The translations under genes were made by a program, and so were the position numbers. The notes beneath the pieces are model-generated. The model made no database searches, was not told the origin of the DNA, and worked only from the letters and a program-made list of their open reading frames with translations. A stretch of DNA of 64,000 nucleotides from an archaeon (GTDB lineage: Archaea > Nanobdellota > Nanobdellia > Pacearchaeales > GW2011-AR1). Positions 8,552 through 17,907 of the stretch are shown here, piece after piece. Each line of letters opens with the position of its first letter. The first letter of the stretch is position 1. The stretch lies in contig JABHZE010000001.1 in NCBI GenBank assembly GCA_018653485.1, forward strand, positions 68,603-132,602, in the 5' to 3' direction.

Positions 8552-11500
8552 ATGATAAAAAAAGAGATTAATGATTTGATTACTCAGAGTTTTGATAAAA
8601 CTAATTATAAAAGATTACTTAAAGAAATTTTTAATTTTGAAATTAATAAAGAAGAACTAGTAATACCTGAAACATATAAAAGTAATATCAATGGGGCTGA
8701 AAAACTAGGAGAGTACTCCAAGAATCGAGAAAATATTCAATTTTTTATTGTTCACTCAAATAGAAATATTGAAAAAGCAAAAGTTTTTCACAGAGATTTT
8801 ATTGCTAAAGAATTAATTCAGGATCATAAAGAAAATGCATTGGTTGTTTTTTATAATAAAGAAAAATGGAGATTTTCATTAATTACAATTAATTATGGTG
8901 AAAAAGATGGCAAATTTACTAAGGAAAAAGGAACCGCTCAAAGGGCCTCATTTTTAGTGGGGGAAAACGAAATTAATAATACTTGTAGCCAAAAAATTGC
9001 AGATTTAAAAGAAAATCCTTCTATTGAAGAGGTTAAAGAAGCATTTAATGTAGAAAAAGTAACTAAGGAATTTTTTAAAGAATATAGGAAGTTATTCAAA
9101 GAATTAGGAGAAAAAATGGAATCTCTTTATAAAACTGATAAAAAAATTAAATTAGAATTTGATGAAAAAGATGTAGATTATGTAGAATTTGCAAAGAAAA
9201 CTCTGGGTCAGATAGTTTTTTTATATTTTTTACAAAAAAAAGAATGGTTAGGGGTAAATAAAAATGAAAAATATGGGTCTGGACAAAAAGATTTTTTAAC
9301 AAAACTTTTTCATAATCAAGAGTGTAGTGATTTTTTTAATGATGTGTTGGAACCCTTATTTTATAATGGATTCAATAAAGACAGAACCAATAAAAAAGAT
9401 TATTACTCTGCATTAGATCTTCGTATCCCTTTTTTAAATGGGGGTTTATTTGAACCCTTAGGTAATTATAATTGGGAAAAAACAGATATCCTTCTTGGGA
9501 AAAACATATTCAAAAACATATTCAAAACATTTAATGAATTTAATTTTACCATTTCAGAACATGAACCTTCTGAAAGAGAGGTTGCCGTTGATCCTGAAAT
9601 GCTTGGAAAAATATTTGAACAATTAGGTGCAATAAATAAGGAAAATTTCACAGAATGGAAAAATGCAATCAATTCTGGAAAAAAATCTGAAGAAATGAAG
9701 TTCAATAAATCAAATGGAGTTTATTATACTCCTAGGGAAATTGTAAATTATATGTGTCAACAAAGTTTAATTAATTATATAGATACAAATACTGAAGAAA
9801 AGATTACCAAGAAAGATATAGAAAAATTTGTTTTATTAGGTGATGAGGCACAGAAAATAATTGAAGAAGAAGAAAGACATATAGAGGAGAGAGGGAGATT
9901 TAAAACTATAAATCAAGAAAATTCAATCCCCACCTCAATCAAAAAGAATTACACTCTAATAGATGATTTATTATGGAACGTAAAAATTTGCGATCCAGCA
10001 GTAGGTTCGGGGGCATTTCCAATGGGAATACTGCAAGAAATAGTAAGATTAAGAAGAATTCTTTCAGTTTTTTATACCTCTTCTGAAAAAGAAAAAAGAA
10101 CCCCTTATGAATTAAAAAAAGAGACTATTGAAAATTGCATTTATGGGGTAGATATTGACCCCTCTGCAATAGAAATAGCAAAATTAAGATTTTGGTTATC
10201 TTTAGTTGTTGATGAAAAATTTGAAGAAGATAAAATTAGGCCCTTGCCCAATTTAGATTTTAAGTTAATGCAAGGAAATAGTTTGCTGGAAGAATTTGAG
10301 GGAATTAAACTTTTTGATAAAATCCTTTTAGAACATAGGGAAAAAGGGATTTCTGGAATAGAAAAGATTGAAAATAAAATAAAAGAAGTTAAAAACCAAA
10401 TAATAGAAGCCAGTAAAAACAACATAGAAAAAGATAAACAAATAAAAGAATTAAGAAAATTAGAACGAAAAAAGCAAACCTTATCTAAAAAAGGAGGAGG
10501 TTCAAACCTTACATTATTTATGAAAAATTCTGAAATCAAGAAAACTATTTTAAAATCACTTCAAAAAAGATTATTTGACGAAAATGATGCTTCTGAAAAA
10601 GATAAAATAAAACACAGAATTGATAAAGCGATTTGGGAATTTATAGAAACAACATTAAAAGAAGAAAACAGACAAGAAGATTTAGAAAAAATTAAAAAAG
10701 AATGGGCTAAAAGAAAAAGAAATTTTTTCTTATGGGAATTAAACTTTATGGATGTTTTTGATAGAAAAAACCCTGGTTTTGATATTGTTATAGCTAATCC
10801 GCCTTACATACAACTACAAAAAAATGAGGGAGAACACACTAAATTATATAAAAATAATAATTTTGATTCTTTTGATAAAACAGGAGATATATATTGCCTT
10901 TTTTATGAATTTGGAGTAAATCTTTTAAGAATTAATGGTGTTTTATCTTTTATCACCTCTAACAAATGGATGAGATTAAATTATGGCAATAAGTTAAGAA
11001 ATTTTTTCATAACTAAAACTAACCCCATTTTACTTATGGATTTAGGGTCAGGAATTTTTGATACTGCAATTGTTGATACAAATATTTTATTTTTAGAAAA
11101 AAATGATAATAAGAATCATATCTTCGGTTGTTCTTTAGCTAACCATTCTTTAGCTAACAATTCCATCCCAGATTACATTGAAAATAATAAAGTAAAACTA
11201 GAAACTCCATTAAACACTTCCTGGAAAATACTCCCTAAGAGAGATCAAATGTTAATTTTAAAAATAAGGCATAACAAGATCCAATTATCTGAGAGAGATA
11301 TAAAAATGCATAGGGGAATTTTAACAGGTTATAATGATGCCTTTGTGATAAATCATGATATCAAAAAGAGTTTAATAAAAAAAGATCCAAAAAGTAGAGA
11401 AATTATTGTGCCTCTCTTAAGGGGTCGTGATGTTTCAAAATATTTAAGGGGCATATTTAATTCATATTTAATTAATACTCATAATGGTGTTAGGAGAGGT

Positions 11501-12079
11501 TCTGCTAGAATAAATATTGAAAAATATCCTGCAATAAAAAAGCATTTAGACAAATTTTATGATAAATTAAAAAAACGCCAAGATAAAGGCGATACACCTT
11601 ATAATCTCAGATCCTGTGCATATCTTTCTGAATTTGAAAAGTTTAAAATTGCCTTCCCTGTAATAAATAGAAAATGGAAATTTGTAATAGTTGATAAAGA
11701 TGTTCAGATATTGGCTCCGATGCGTTTCATAACCACTTCAAATTTGAACGAATTAAAATTTATACAAACAATTTTAAAAAGTAATGTTATAAAATATTAT
11801 CATAAGATTAATGGTCCCATGCAGGATGAAACTGGCTATCAAATGGATAATTGGTTTGTTGAATCCTATCCTTTTCCAAACATTAATTCAGTTTTACCAA
11901 AACATTTTATAGAAAAGGTTGATAAAATCCTAAACCTAACAAATGACAAAAAATATTTTGAAGACCAAGAAAAACAAAAAAAAGTTAAAGAAATAGAAAA
12001 AGAGATTAACCAAATGGTTTACAAATTATATGGATTAACTCCTGAAGAAATTAAAATTGTAGAAGAGTTTGAAAAATGA
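8552..12079 (+). CDS. Large Eco57I/type IIG-like N6-adenine DNA methyltransferase with a C-terminal specificity region; N-terminal nuclease not evident
   Basis: 1175 aa. SAM motif I KICDPAVGSGAFPMG. Catalytic motif IV DIVIANPPYIQLQ. Downstream FITSNKWMRLNYGNKLRNFF and GILTGYNDAFVI are typical of type IIG/PglX-like TRD regions. A charged coiled insertion lies between motifs I and IV. Confidence 0.8.
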   Translation: MIKKEINDLITQSFDKTNYKRLLKEIFNFEINKEELVIPETYKSNINGAEKLGEYSKNRENIQFFIVHSNRNIEKAKVFHRDFIAKELIQDHKENALVVFYNKEKWRFSLITINYGEKDGKFTKEKGTAQRASFLVGENEINNTCSQKIADLKENPSIEEVKEAFNVEKVTKEFFKEYRKLFKELGEKMESLYKTDKKIKLEFDEKDVDYVEFAKKTLGQIVFLYFLQKKEWLGVNKNEKYGSGQKDFLTKLFHNQECSDFFNDVLEPLFYNGFNKDRTNKKDYYSALDLRIPFLNGGLFEPLGNYNWEKTDILLGKNIFKNIFKTFNEFNFTISEHEPSEREVAVDPEMLGKIFEQLGAINKENFTEWKNAINSGKKSEEMKFNKSNGVYYTPREIVNYMCQQSLINYIDTNTEEKITKKDIEKFVLLGDEAQKIIEEEERHIEERGRFKTINQENSIPTSIKKNYTLIDDLLWNVKICDPAVGSGAFPMGILQEIVRLRRILSVFYTSSEKEKRTPYELKKETIENCIYGVDIDPSAIEIAKLRFWLSLVVDEKFEEDKIRPLPNLDFKLMQGNSLLEEFEGIKLFDKILLEHREKGISGIEKIENKIKEVKNQIIEASKNNIEKDKQIKELRKLERKKQTLSKKGGGSNLTLFMKNSEIKKTILKSLQKRLFDENDASEKDKIKHRIDKAIWEFIETTLKEENRQEDLEKIKKEWAKRKRNFFLWELNFMDVFDRKNPGFDIVIANPPYIQLQKNEGEHTKLYKNNNFDSFDKTGDIYCLFYEFGVNLLRINGVLSFITSNKWMRLNYGNKLRNFFITKTNPILLMDLGSGIFDTAIVDTNILFLEKNDNKNHIFGCSLANHSLANNSIPDYIENNKVKLETPLNTSWKILPKRDQMLILKIRHNKIQLSERDIKMHRGILTGYNDAFVINHDIKKSLIKKDPKSREIIVPLLRGRDVSKYLRGIFNSYLINTHNGVRRGSARINIEKYPAIKKHLDKFYDKLKKRQDKGDTPYNLRSCAYLSEFEKFKIAFPVINRKWKFVIVDKDVQILAPMRFITTSNLNELKFIQTILKSNVIKYYHKINGPMQDETGYQMDNWFVESYPFPNINSVLPKHFIEKVDKILNLTNDKKYFEDQEKQKKVKEIEKEINQMVYKLYGLTPEEIKIVEEFEK

Positions 12080-12276
12080 ATCTTAAAGAAATTATATTTA
12101 CTATTCTTATGTTTTTTATTGGATATGTTCTAAAATCCGCATTTAAAGAATCACTTTGTTCAATTAATTCATTAGGATGTTTTGTAGGATTTGTTGCGTA
12201 TACCTTGCCAGTAATTATTATTGGAGTTTATTGGTTAAATAAAATATATCCCTCTTTAGAAAAATTGTTGAAATAA
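12076..12276 (+). CDS. Small two-TM membrane peptide translationally coupled to the methyltransferase
   Basis: 66-aa ORF. Its ATG overlaps the methyltransferase stop (ATGA at 12076-12079). Two hydrophobic helices: IIFTILMFFIGYVL and FVGFVAYTLPVIIIGVYWL. Confidence 0.5.
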   Translation: MNLKEIIFTILMFFIGYVLKSAFKESLCSINSLGCFVGFVAYTLPVIIIGVYWLNKIYPSLEKLLK

Positions 12277-12292
12277 AGAGAATTAAACCAAA

Positions 12293-15200
12293 TTAAACAA
12301 ACCACTCACTCAAAATTATTTCTTCGGGCTTATCCTTATTATCCTCTTCATTTTCCTCTATCCTATATTTCTTAAAAAACTCTTTTGGAATATTCCCCAT
12401 TAAGAATGTATACGCTTCAACATTATCTAATTTAACGACTTTCTTCAAAGATTTTGAGTCAGGAATCTTTTTTTCTTTTAACAAATCTTCAATTTTTTCC
12501 AACATATCTAATTCTTTTTCATACAATCTTTTATCTTTTTTCATTAATACTATTTTATTCATAATTATCTTTGCATTCCCTGTTAATCCCGCACCCATTT
12601 TCTTTTTTGGTTTACAATCTTCCAAAAATTTCTCCCTTAACTTAGCAAACTTTTTATAAAAATCTTTTTTATCTAAATTAATTGATTTTTCATTTTTTTC
12701 TGCTTTAATAATTTCGATTATTTTCTCAAAATCTATCACTTCTCCAACCTCATTTTTATCATAGGAATATGCGAATTTAAAATTCCCTTTCTTAAAAAAA
12801 CTAAAAAGCTCTGAATTTTTCTTTTTTCTTCCAAGTTTTATTTTCCCAGGCAAACTTTCAATTTTCTTAAATAATTCTCGATTATTTTCCCTTATATTTC
12901 TAATAAACATTCTTTCAGTATCTTCCATTGTTGTTAAAGAATCTTCTTGTTGAACAGAAGACTGAAGACGTTGAAAAAATTCTTTATGACTAAGAATTTC
13001 CTCATCTTCAAAAAGAAGTTTAGAATCATTCCCTAGAAGCCTAATAAATGCCTTTATTTTTTCTTCTGCATTTTCTTGCAATTTTATTTTATCATTAATT
13101 TTTTTTGCAGGAAAGAAATTATAGGTATTAATTTCATTAAAAGGTAAATCTTTTGCAACCCTATCAATTCTTCCAACTCTTTGAATGACTCTAACGGGAT
13201 TCCAAGGAATATCATAATTTAAAACTTTATTTGCACGATTTAAATTAACTCCTTCAGATAAAGTATCTGTTGAAATTAAAACATTATAATCGTTTTTTTG
13301 ATTCTTTGAAAAATGATCAAAATTTTCAATAACTTCTTCCTTTAATTTTTCTCCAGAAGAACCTGAAAAAGTTATAACATCCTTTCTATTGAGTTCTTTT
13401 TTTAGATAATCAATAGTATCTTTTGATTCACTAAAAACAATTATTTTCTTTTCATTTTCTGGAAGTTTGTTCAAAAAATCCCTAAAAGAATTTAATTTTG
13501 GGTCAATTTTAACTTTTTCCCATATTTCTTGAATCTTTTTTAAATTATTCAAATCAGATTCTAATAATTTCCTAAAACTTGGTTTAAATTCTTTTTTGAG
13601 ATATTTTTTACCTTTTTCATTTTGAACTAATTTTTCTATCTCCTCCCACCTTTCACCTTCAATAAAATCAAACACCTTTGCATAATAATCCTCACTTACA
13701 ACAATAAATCCTTTTTCATCATAAGATTTTATTGAGGCTTCATAATGCCTTATAAATCTCTTAACAGATTCTCTAAATGCATGAAAACTGCTTTCTAGTC
13801 TCTTTGCTACAAGAATTTTCATAAAATGTTTAATATTCTTCTGAGGAGTTTTCTTGTTTTCATCTATATCTTTTTTTAAGTAAAGTATTGGAGCATACCT
13901 ACAATACTTCATATTCTTTTCATCTAAAAGTAATTCCAAGGTTTCTTCAAAAATTCCATCTAATTTTTCATCAAATTCATAATATAATGTCTTAGGAGTA
14001 TTAACTTTTGGAAATCTAAGGCCTTGTTTATCCATATCTTGAGAAAATAATTTTTTAATATCCGACCTAGTCCTTCTTATCATGACCTTTCTTAAGATCC
14101 TATTTCTTATATCATCAGAAATTTTTTTAAGTTCATCCAAATATTCTTTTCGAGATATTTTTTCTTCGTTTAATTCTTTTTTTAGTTTTACCCTTTTAGA
14201 TCTAATCTCTGTAAAATATCTATCTAAATCTTTAATGCTTGGATGAAATTTAGCATTCTTCATCGGCGTAAATAATGCAATTTGATTTTTTAAATCATCT
14301 GGGCGATTATTTAGAGGGGTAGCAGTAACTAAAATAACATTTTTCCCTCTACAAATAGCAGAAAGTTGAGAATACATTTTAGTATTTTCATTTCTAAATC
14401 TATGGGCTTCATCAATTACAATATTATCATAATCATCTACACCCTTTCTTAGAATTTTATCTAATTTACCAATAGATTCAAATTCTCCTTTATTTCTAAG
14501 AATTTCAAAACTATCAAAGACATTTTGCCAAGATCCGGGATTTTCTTTATTTACTAACATTGGAGGTGCAATTACAAGAGTTTTTCCAGGGAGCTCTTTC
14601 ATTAACATTGTAGTTATAAATGTTTTACCCAAACCAACTACATCTGAAATAAAAACACCACCATATTTATTTAATATTTTTCTTGCCCTTCCCACTGCAT
14701 CTTTTTGATAATCTAAATCCATTAAATGAGTTGGGGCAGAAATCTTTCTTTCTTCAAAATCCAATTCATCTTTAAAATACTCTTGAAGGAATTTTAAATA
14801 AAATTCATAAGGAGTTATATCTTCTCTAAATTGACTATTTTTTTCTATAGTTTGAACATGTAATTCAGATACATCTACAGAGTGGTTTTCCCATAAATCA
14901 TCAAAGATTTTTTTAATTTCTATGTAATCTTCCTTATCTTGTAAAAAAACATTAAATTCAATATTATCTTCCAACCCCGCTTTAGTCAAATTACTTGAAC
15001 CCGTTATAACTGTCCCTGGTTGTAATTGCCGAGAATTATTTTTATCATAAGTCATAATGTAAACCTTCGCATGAGTCCTATTCTTACAAGCTCTAATTTT
15101 TAATTTTCTACTTTTTATCCAATTCTTTAATTTATTTACTCCCTCTTCAACATCTAACTTAAACTCTGCAGAATCAATATCTTTCAATGTTTGTTTTTTA

Positions 15201-15448
15201 TGCTCTTTTTTTATTTCTTTTTCTGTAAGTTCATTAATGGATTTTATTTCATCATAGAATTTATCATCCATAGCGATTCCAGTAAGAATCTTAATCTCTT
15301 CTACATTTTCTAGATAATCATGTATTTTGTAAAAACCGCTTTTGTAAAGATATGCTACAAGACAATCAAATTCCTTACTGGAAGATAATTGTTCAGTCAA
15401 TATTGGAGAAAGTTTATTTTCTTCCTGGTTAGTTATAAATGATCCCAT
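12293..15448 (-). CDS. PLD (HKD) nuclease domain fused to an SNF2-family helicase/translocase
   Basis: 1051 aa. N-terminal HKD motif THAKVYIM...GSSNLTKAGL. SNF2 motifs DVVGLGKTF, IDEAHRFRN, LVTATPLNN, STDTLSEGVNL, NYDIPWNPVRVIQRVGRIDR. About 300 aa of unknown C-terminal tail. Confidence 0.85.
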   Translation of the reverse strand: MGSFITNQEENKLSPILTEQLSSSKEFDCLVAYLYKSGFYKIHDYLENVEEIKILTGIAMDDKFYDEIKSINELTEKEIKKEHKKQTLKDIDSAEFKLDVEEGVNKLKNWIKSRKLKIRACKNRTHAKVYIMTYDKNNSRQLQPGTVITGSSNLTKAGLEDNIEFNVFLQDKEDYIEIKKIFDDLWENHSVDVSELHVQTIEKNSQFREDITPYEFYLKFLQEYFKDELDFEERKISAPTHLMDLDYQKDAVGRARKILNKYGGVFISDVVGLGKTFITTMLMKELPGKTLVIAPPMLVNKENPGSWQNVFDSFEILRNKGEFESIGKLDKILRKGVDDYDNIVIDEAHRFRNENTKMYSQLSAICRGKNVILVTATPLNNRPDDLKNQIALFTPMKNAKFHPSIKDLDRYFTEIRSKRVKLKKELNEEKISRKEYLDELKKISDDIRNRILRKVMIRRTRSDIKKLFSQDMDKQGLRFPKVNTPKTLYYEFDEKLDGIFEETLELLLDEKNMKYCRYAPILYLKKDIDENKKTPQKNIKHFMKILVAKRLESSFHAFRESVKRFIRHYEASIKSYDEKGFIVVSEDYYAKVFDFIEGERWEEIEKLVQNEKGKKYLKKEFKPSFRKLLESDLNNLKKIQEIWEKVKIDPKLNSFRDFLNKLPENEKKIIVFSESKDTIDYLKKELNRKDVITFSGSSGEKLKEEVIENFDHFSKNQKNDYNVLISTDTLSEGVNLNRANKVLNYDIPWNPVRVIQRVGRIDRVAKDLPFNEINTYNFFPAKKINDKIKLQENAEEKIKAFIRLLGNDSKLLFEDEEILSHKEFFQRLQSSVQQEDSLTTMEDTERMFIRNIRENNRELFKKIESLPGKIKLGRKKKNSELFSFFKKGNFKFAYSYDKNEVGEVIDFEKIIEIIKAEKNEKSINLDKKDFYKKFAKLREKFLEDCKPKKKMGAGLTGNAKIIMNKIVLMKKDKRLYEKELDMLEKIEDLLKEKKIPDSKSLKKVVKLDNVEAYTFLMGNIPKEFFKKYRIEENEEDNKDKPEEIILSEWFV

Positions 15449-15455
15449 GTTCTTA

Positions 15456-16190
15456 TTAAGATATTTTAATTTTTAAACTATCCTTTTCTTCTCCAATCTG
15501 CCAAAAATACATATCTATGATTTTCATAGGAGTATAATCTCCTGCATTATACTTTTCTTTTAAGTCTCCCCTTAATTCATTGATATCTTTTTTATACTTA
15601 TCATAAAATCCTAATAATTCCTCAAAAGATTTATTTTTATTAAAATTCTTTCTGATCTTCTTCTCATCACTCAAACCCTCCATAAAAAATCGGTCATATG
15701 CAGGAATGCACCCCATGGTGCCTAATAAAATCTTTGTGATTAAAGTATAAGAAATTTGATTTCCTTGCAAATATCTTTTTTTAGTTCCTTCCAAATCCGG
15801 ATGATTTTTAGTGGTCTCTTTAATTTTTATAAGTACATTTTCAATTTCTTTATAAATTTTAGAAAATTTTTCTATTAAATCTTCGCTTTTATTTAAATTA
15901 TCTTCAATTTCCCAAAGAATAGAATATTCTTTTTTTAAAATAATTCCAACTATCTCTTTAAAAATAGTATAATCTTTTTGCAATATGAAACTAGAACCTC
16001 TATACATTCCCCAACTAGCTAAATAAAATGCTAAATGTAATTGAGCTAAATCTAATTCTTCTTTATCTATTTCTTTATCCTTAATTTTCTTAAAGAAATT
16101 GTAACAATGTTCCCAGGATTTATAACGGTGATCTGGAATAGAATTTATACTTTGATAAAATTTTTCTACATTATTGGTGATTTCATTCAT
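15456..16190 (-). CDS. Hypothetical protein, middle gene of the nuclease-helicase operon
   Basis: 244-aa ORF. 8-nt overlap with the upstream gene and a 7-nt gap to the downstream gene. Conserved-looking block LHLAFYLASWGMYRGSSFIL, but no motif I can name. Confidence 0.6.
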   Translation of the reverse strand: MNEITNNVEKFYQSINSIPDHRYKSWEHCYNFFKKIKDKEIDKEELDLAQLHLAFYLASWGMYRGSSFILQKDYTIFKEIVGIILKKEYSILWEIEDNLNKSEDLIEKFSKIYKEIENVLIKIKETTKNHPDLEGTKKRYLQGNQISYTLITKILLGTMGCIPAYDRFFMEGLSDEKKIRKNFNKNKSFEELLGFYDKYKKDINELRGDLKEKYNAGDYTPMKIIDMYFWQIGEEKDSLKIKIS

Positions 16191-17373
16191 CTTCTTTGTC
16201 CTTCCGCTTACTTAAACTTAACCTAAAACTCTTCTCTAACTCAACCATTTTCTTTACATCTTTATCAACTTCTCCCTTGATTACTTCGCTATTAACCTTT
16301 GCATAACTTAACATATTAAAATCATCCCACAATCCTTTATCCTTCAATAACTTAACAAGTTTTTCTTTATCTTCTCCCTCAGGCATAATTATCTTATCAG
16401 ATTCTTTTACAGAACATTTCTTATTACTCCCATAAACAACATCTATATCAAACTGCTTTGCATAAGCAATTAATTTTTCTTTAAAATCTGCATCTTGTTT
16501 TTTCAACTCCCCTAATTTCATCTTAATCTCAGAAAACTCATCAACTAATTTAACACCTTCATCTTCCTTGAATTTCTCAACTTCCTTAATTTTTTCAAGT
16601 TCTGCTTCATGTTTAAAACTAGGACACATTGCCTTATAATCACAATAATCACAAAGCGCATTCTTATTTCTTGGAAATTCTGTTGCAGATTCTATCTCTT
16701 TAATCTTATCACAAACTTCTTTCTGCAATTTCTCTAATTCCTCATCACTTCTTTCAGACACAGCATCTTTATTAAAAGCAAGCATATGCCAAACTAATTT
16801 AACAGATTTAGCATCCTTAAATTTATTTTTAACCCAAATAGAATAAAGTGCAAGTTGTCTATCATTATCTGCTTCTTCTTGATCTTTCATTCTAGAATTT
16901 GTTTTATAATCGCAAACAAAATAATTCCCCTCAGAATCACAGCCCAATTTATCAATTCTAACATGCCATTTGTTCCCATCAGGCAAAGTCATTCTATCTG
17001 TAGTTTCTAATCCTAATATGGTAAGTTGGTCAAAAGGTTCCATTCTATCATAATAATCAGAAATAAATTGCTCTCCCATTTTCCTATAATTCTCAGAATT
17101 AACACCTTCTTTCTCTGCTTTCACAATCAAAATATCATTAGAATATCTTCTCTCCCATAATTCATTATAATCTTTAATCAAATTTGCTTTAGATATTTCC
17201 TTTTTAAATTTTATATCTTTATATAAACCATCCAATGCCTCATGAACAATACTCCCTAAGAAAGCTTCAATAGTATCAGGAATTTCTGGTCTAATCTTAT
17301 CAATATACCTCAATTTATATTGGTAAGGGCAATTTTCATAAGTGCCTAATCGTGAGTGTGAATAACATGTCAT
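16183..17373 (-). CDS. Cas4/AddB-like PD-(D/E)XK nuclease with a 1+3 Cys Fe-S cluster pattern and a charged C-terminal extension
   Basis: One N-terminal Cys (YENCPYQYKLRY) plus LCDYCDYKAMCP later, the Cas4-type C...CxxC-x5-C arrangement. The D/E-x-K core region is plausible (FVCDYKT). Start set to the ATG at 17373 (MTCYSHSRLG), 28 nt below a TATA box; the maximal ORF runs to 17460. Confidence 0.7.
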   Translation of the reverse strand: MTCYSHSRLGTYENCPYQYKLRYIDKIRPEIPDTIEAFLGSIVHEALDGLYKDIKFKKEISKANLIKDYNELWERRYSNDILIVKAEKEGVNSENYRKMGEQFISDYYDRMEPFDQLTILGLETTDRMTLPDGNKWHVRIDKLGCDSEGNYFVCDYKTNSRMKDQEEADNDRQLALYSIWVKNKFKDAKSVKLVWHMLAFNKDAVSERSDEELEKLQKEVCDKIKEIESATEFPRNKNALCDYCDYKAMCPSFKHEAELEKIKEVEKFKEDEGVKLVDEFSEIKMKLGELKKQDADFKEKLIAYAKQFDIDVVYGSNKKCSVKESDKIIMPEGEDKEKLVKLLKDKGLWDDFNMLSYAKVNSEVIKGEVDKDVKKMVELEKSFRLSLSKRKDKEDE

Positions 17374-17397
17374 CTTACTAACAAATACCAACCCAAC

Positions 17398-17405
17398 TAT
17401 ATAAA
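17398..17405 (-). promoter_or_regulatory. TATA box (minus-strand TTTATATA) for the Cas4-like nuclease operon
   Basis: Plus-strand TATATAAA at 17398-17405, centred about 28 nt upstream of the ATG at 17373. Confidence 0.45.
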
Positions 17406-17477
17406 TCTTTCTAATTGTAACCCCTTTATAGTTACAGCAGAGTATAAGAACTTCTACCAAATCACTTCAAGAACCCC

Positions 17478-17906
17478 TCATTTATACTTTTGTTTCTCAA
17501 ACATCTTCTTAAAAGTCATTCTTTTTTCAGCTTCACAAAAAGTTATTTTAAATTGTTCAAAAAAGCCTGCACGCCCTATAATAATATTATCACTTTTTTC
17601 ATTAATAAGGATTGGCAAGGTATATTCGCGTTCCTCTCTATTTTTTCCAAAAATAATATTAATATAACCTAAGTCAACTTTTACTTTATCATTAGATATT
17701 CCTGTTAATTCATCTTCTCCGATTTTTTTTACCCCTAAAAAATCTGCAACTTCTTTTGGGAGTACAGTTAAATCTGAACCACTATCTAAAATTCCAAAAA
17801 AACCATACTCTTTATTATTTCCAATTAATGTGAATGGAATAAGCGGTCTATGGGTCTTTCTTCCAGACTTTAATAAAACTGGCTTATATTTAAAAGAAAA
17901 ACTCAT
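17478..17906 (-). CDS. Retropepsin-like aspartyl protease
   Basis: 142 aa. Catalytic-type motif GILDSGSDLTVLP and C-terminal IIGRAGF, typical of single-domain retropepsin-like proteases. Confidence 0.65.
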   Translation of the reverse strand: MSFSFKYKPVLLKSGRKTHRPLIPFTLIGNNKEYGFFGILDSGSDLTVLPKEVADFLGVKKIGEDELTGISNDKVKVDLGYINIIFGKNREEREYTLPILINEKSDNIIIGRAGFFEQFKITFCEAEKRMTFKKMFEKQKYK

Positions 17907-17907
17907 T

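Noticed and set aside
5223-10539. ORFs 5223-5405(+), 6287-6469(+), 9466-9705(-) and 10141-10539(-)
   Set aside because: These are antisense shadows inside the RecQ-like and methyltransferase genes. They are hydrophobic and low-complexity, and they have no independent start signals.
8552-12079. BREX PglX identity for the 1175-aa methyltransferase
   Set aside because: None of the obligatory BREX partners are visible in the flanks: PglZ phosphatase, BrxC/PglY ATPase, BrxA/BrxB or BrxL. The size and motif resemblance is shared with generic type IIG/Eco57I-like enzymes.
1437-17460. Calling the island a bona fide class 1 DISARM system
   Set aside because: No DUF1998-like (DrmB) ORF or domain could be recognised. 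The large helicase is RecQ-type rather than DrmA-like by motif inspection. It is kept only as a resemblance to be tested.
17374-17460. 29-aa N-terminal extension of the Cas4-like ORF (MVEVLILCCNYKGVTIRK...), and similar extensions at 1786, 38741, 45525, 47937, 49145 and 53389
   Set aside because: The extensions would place the TATA box inside the coding region or leave no room for divergent promoters, and several rely on TTG/GTG. The internal ATGs sit at the canonical ~26-nt distance from a TATA box.
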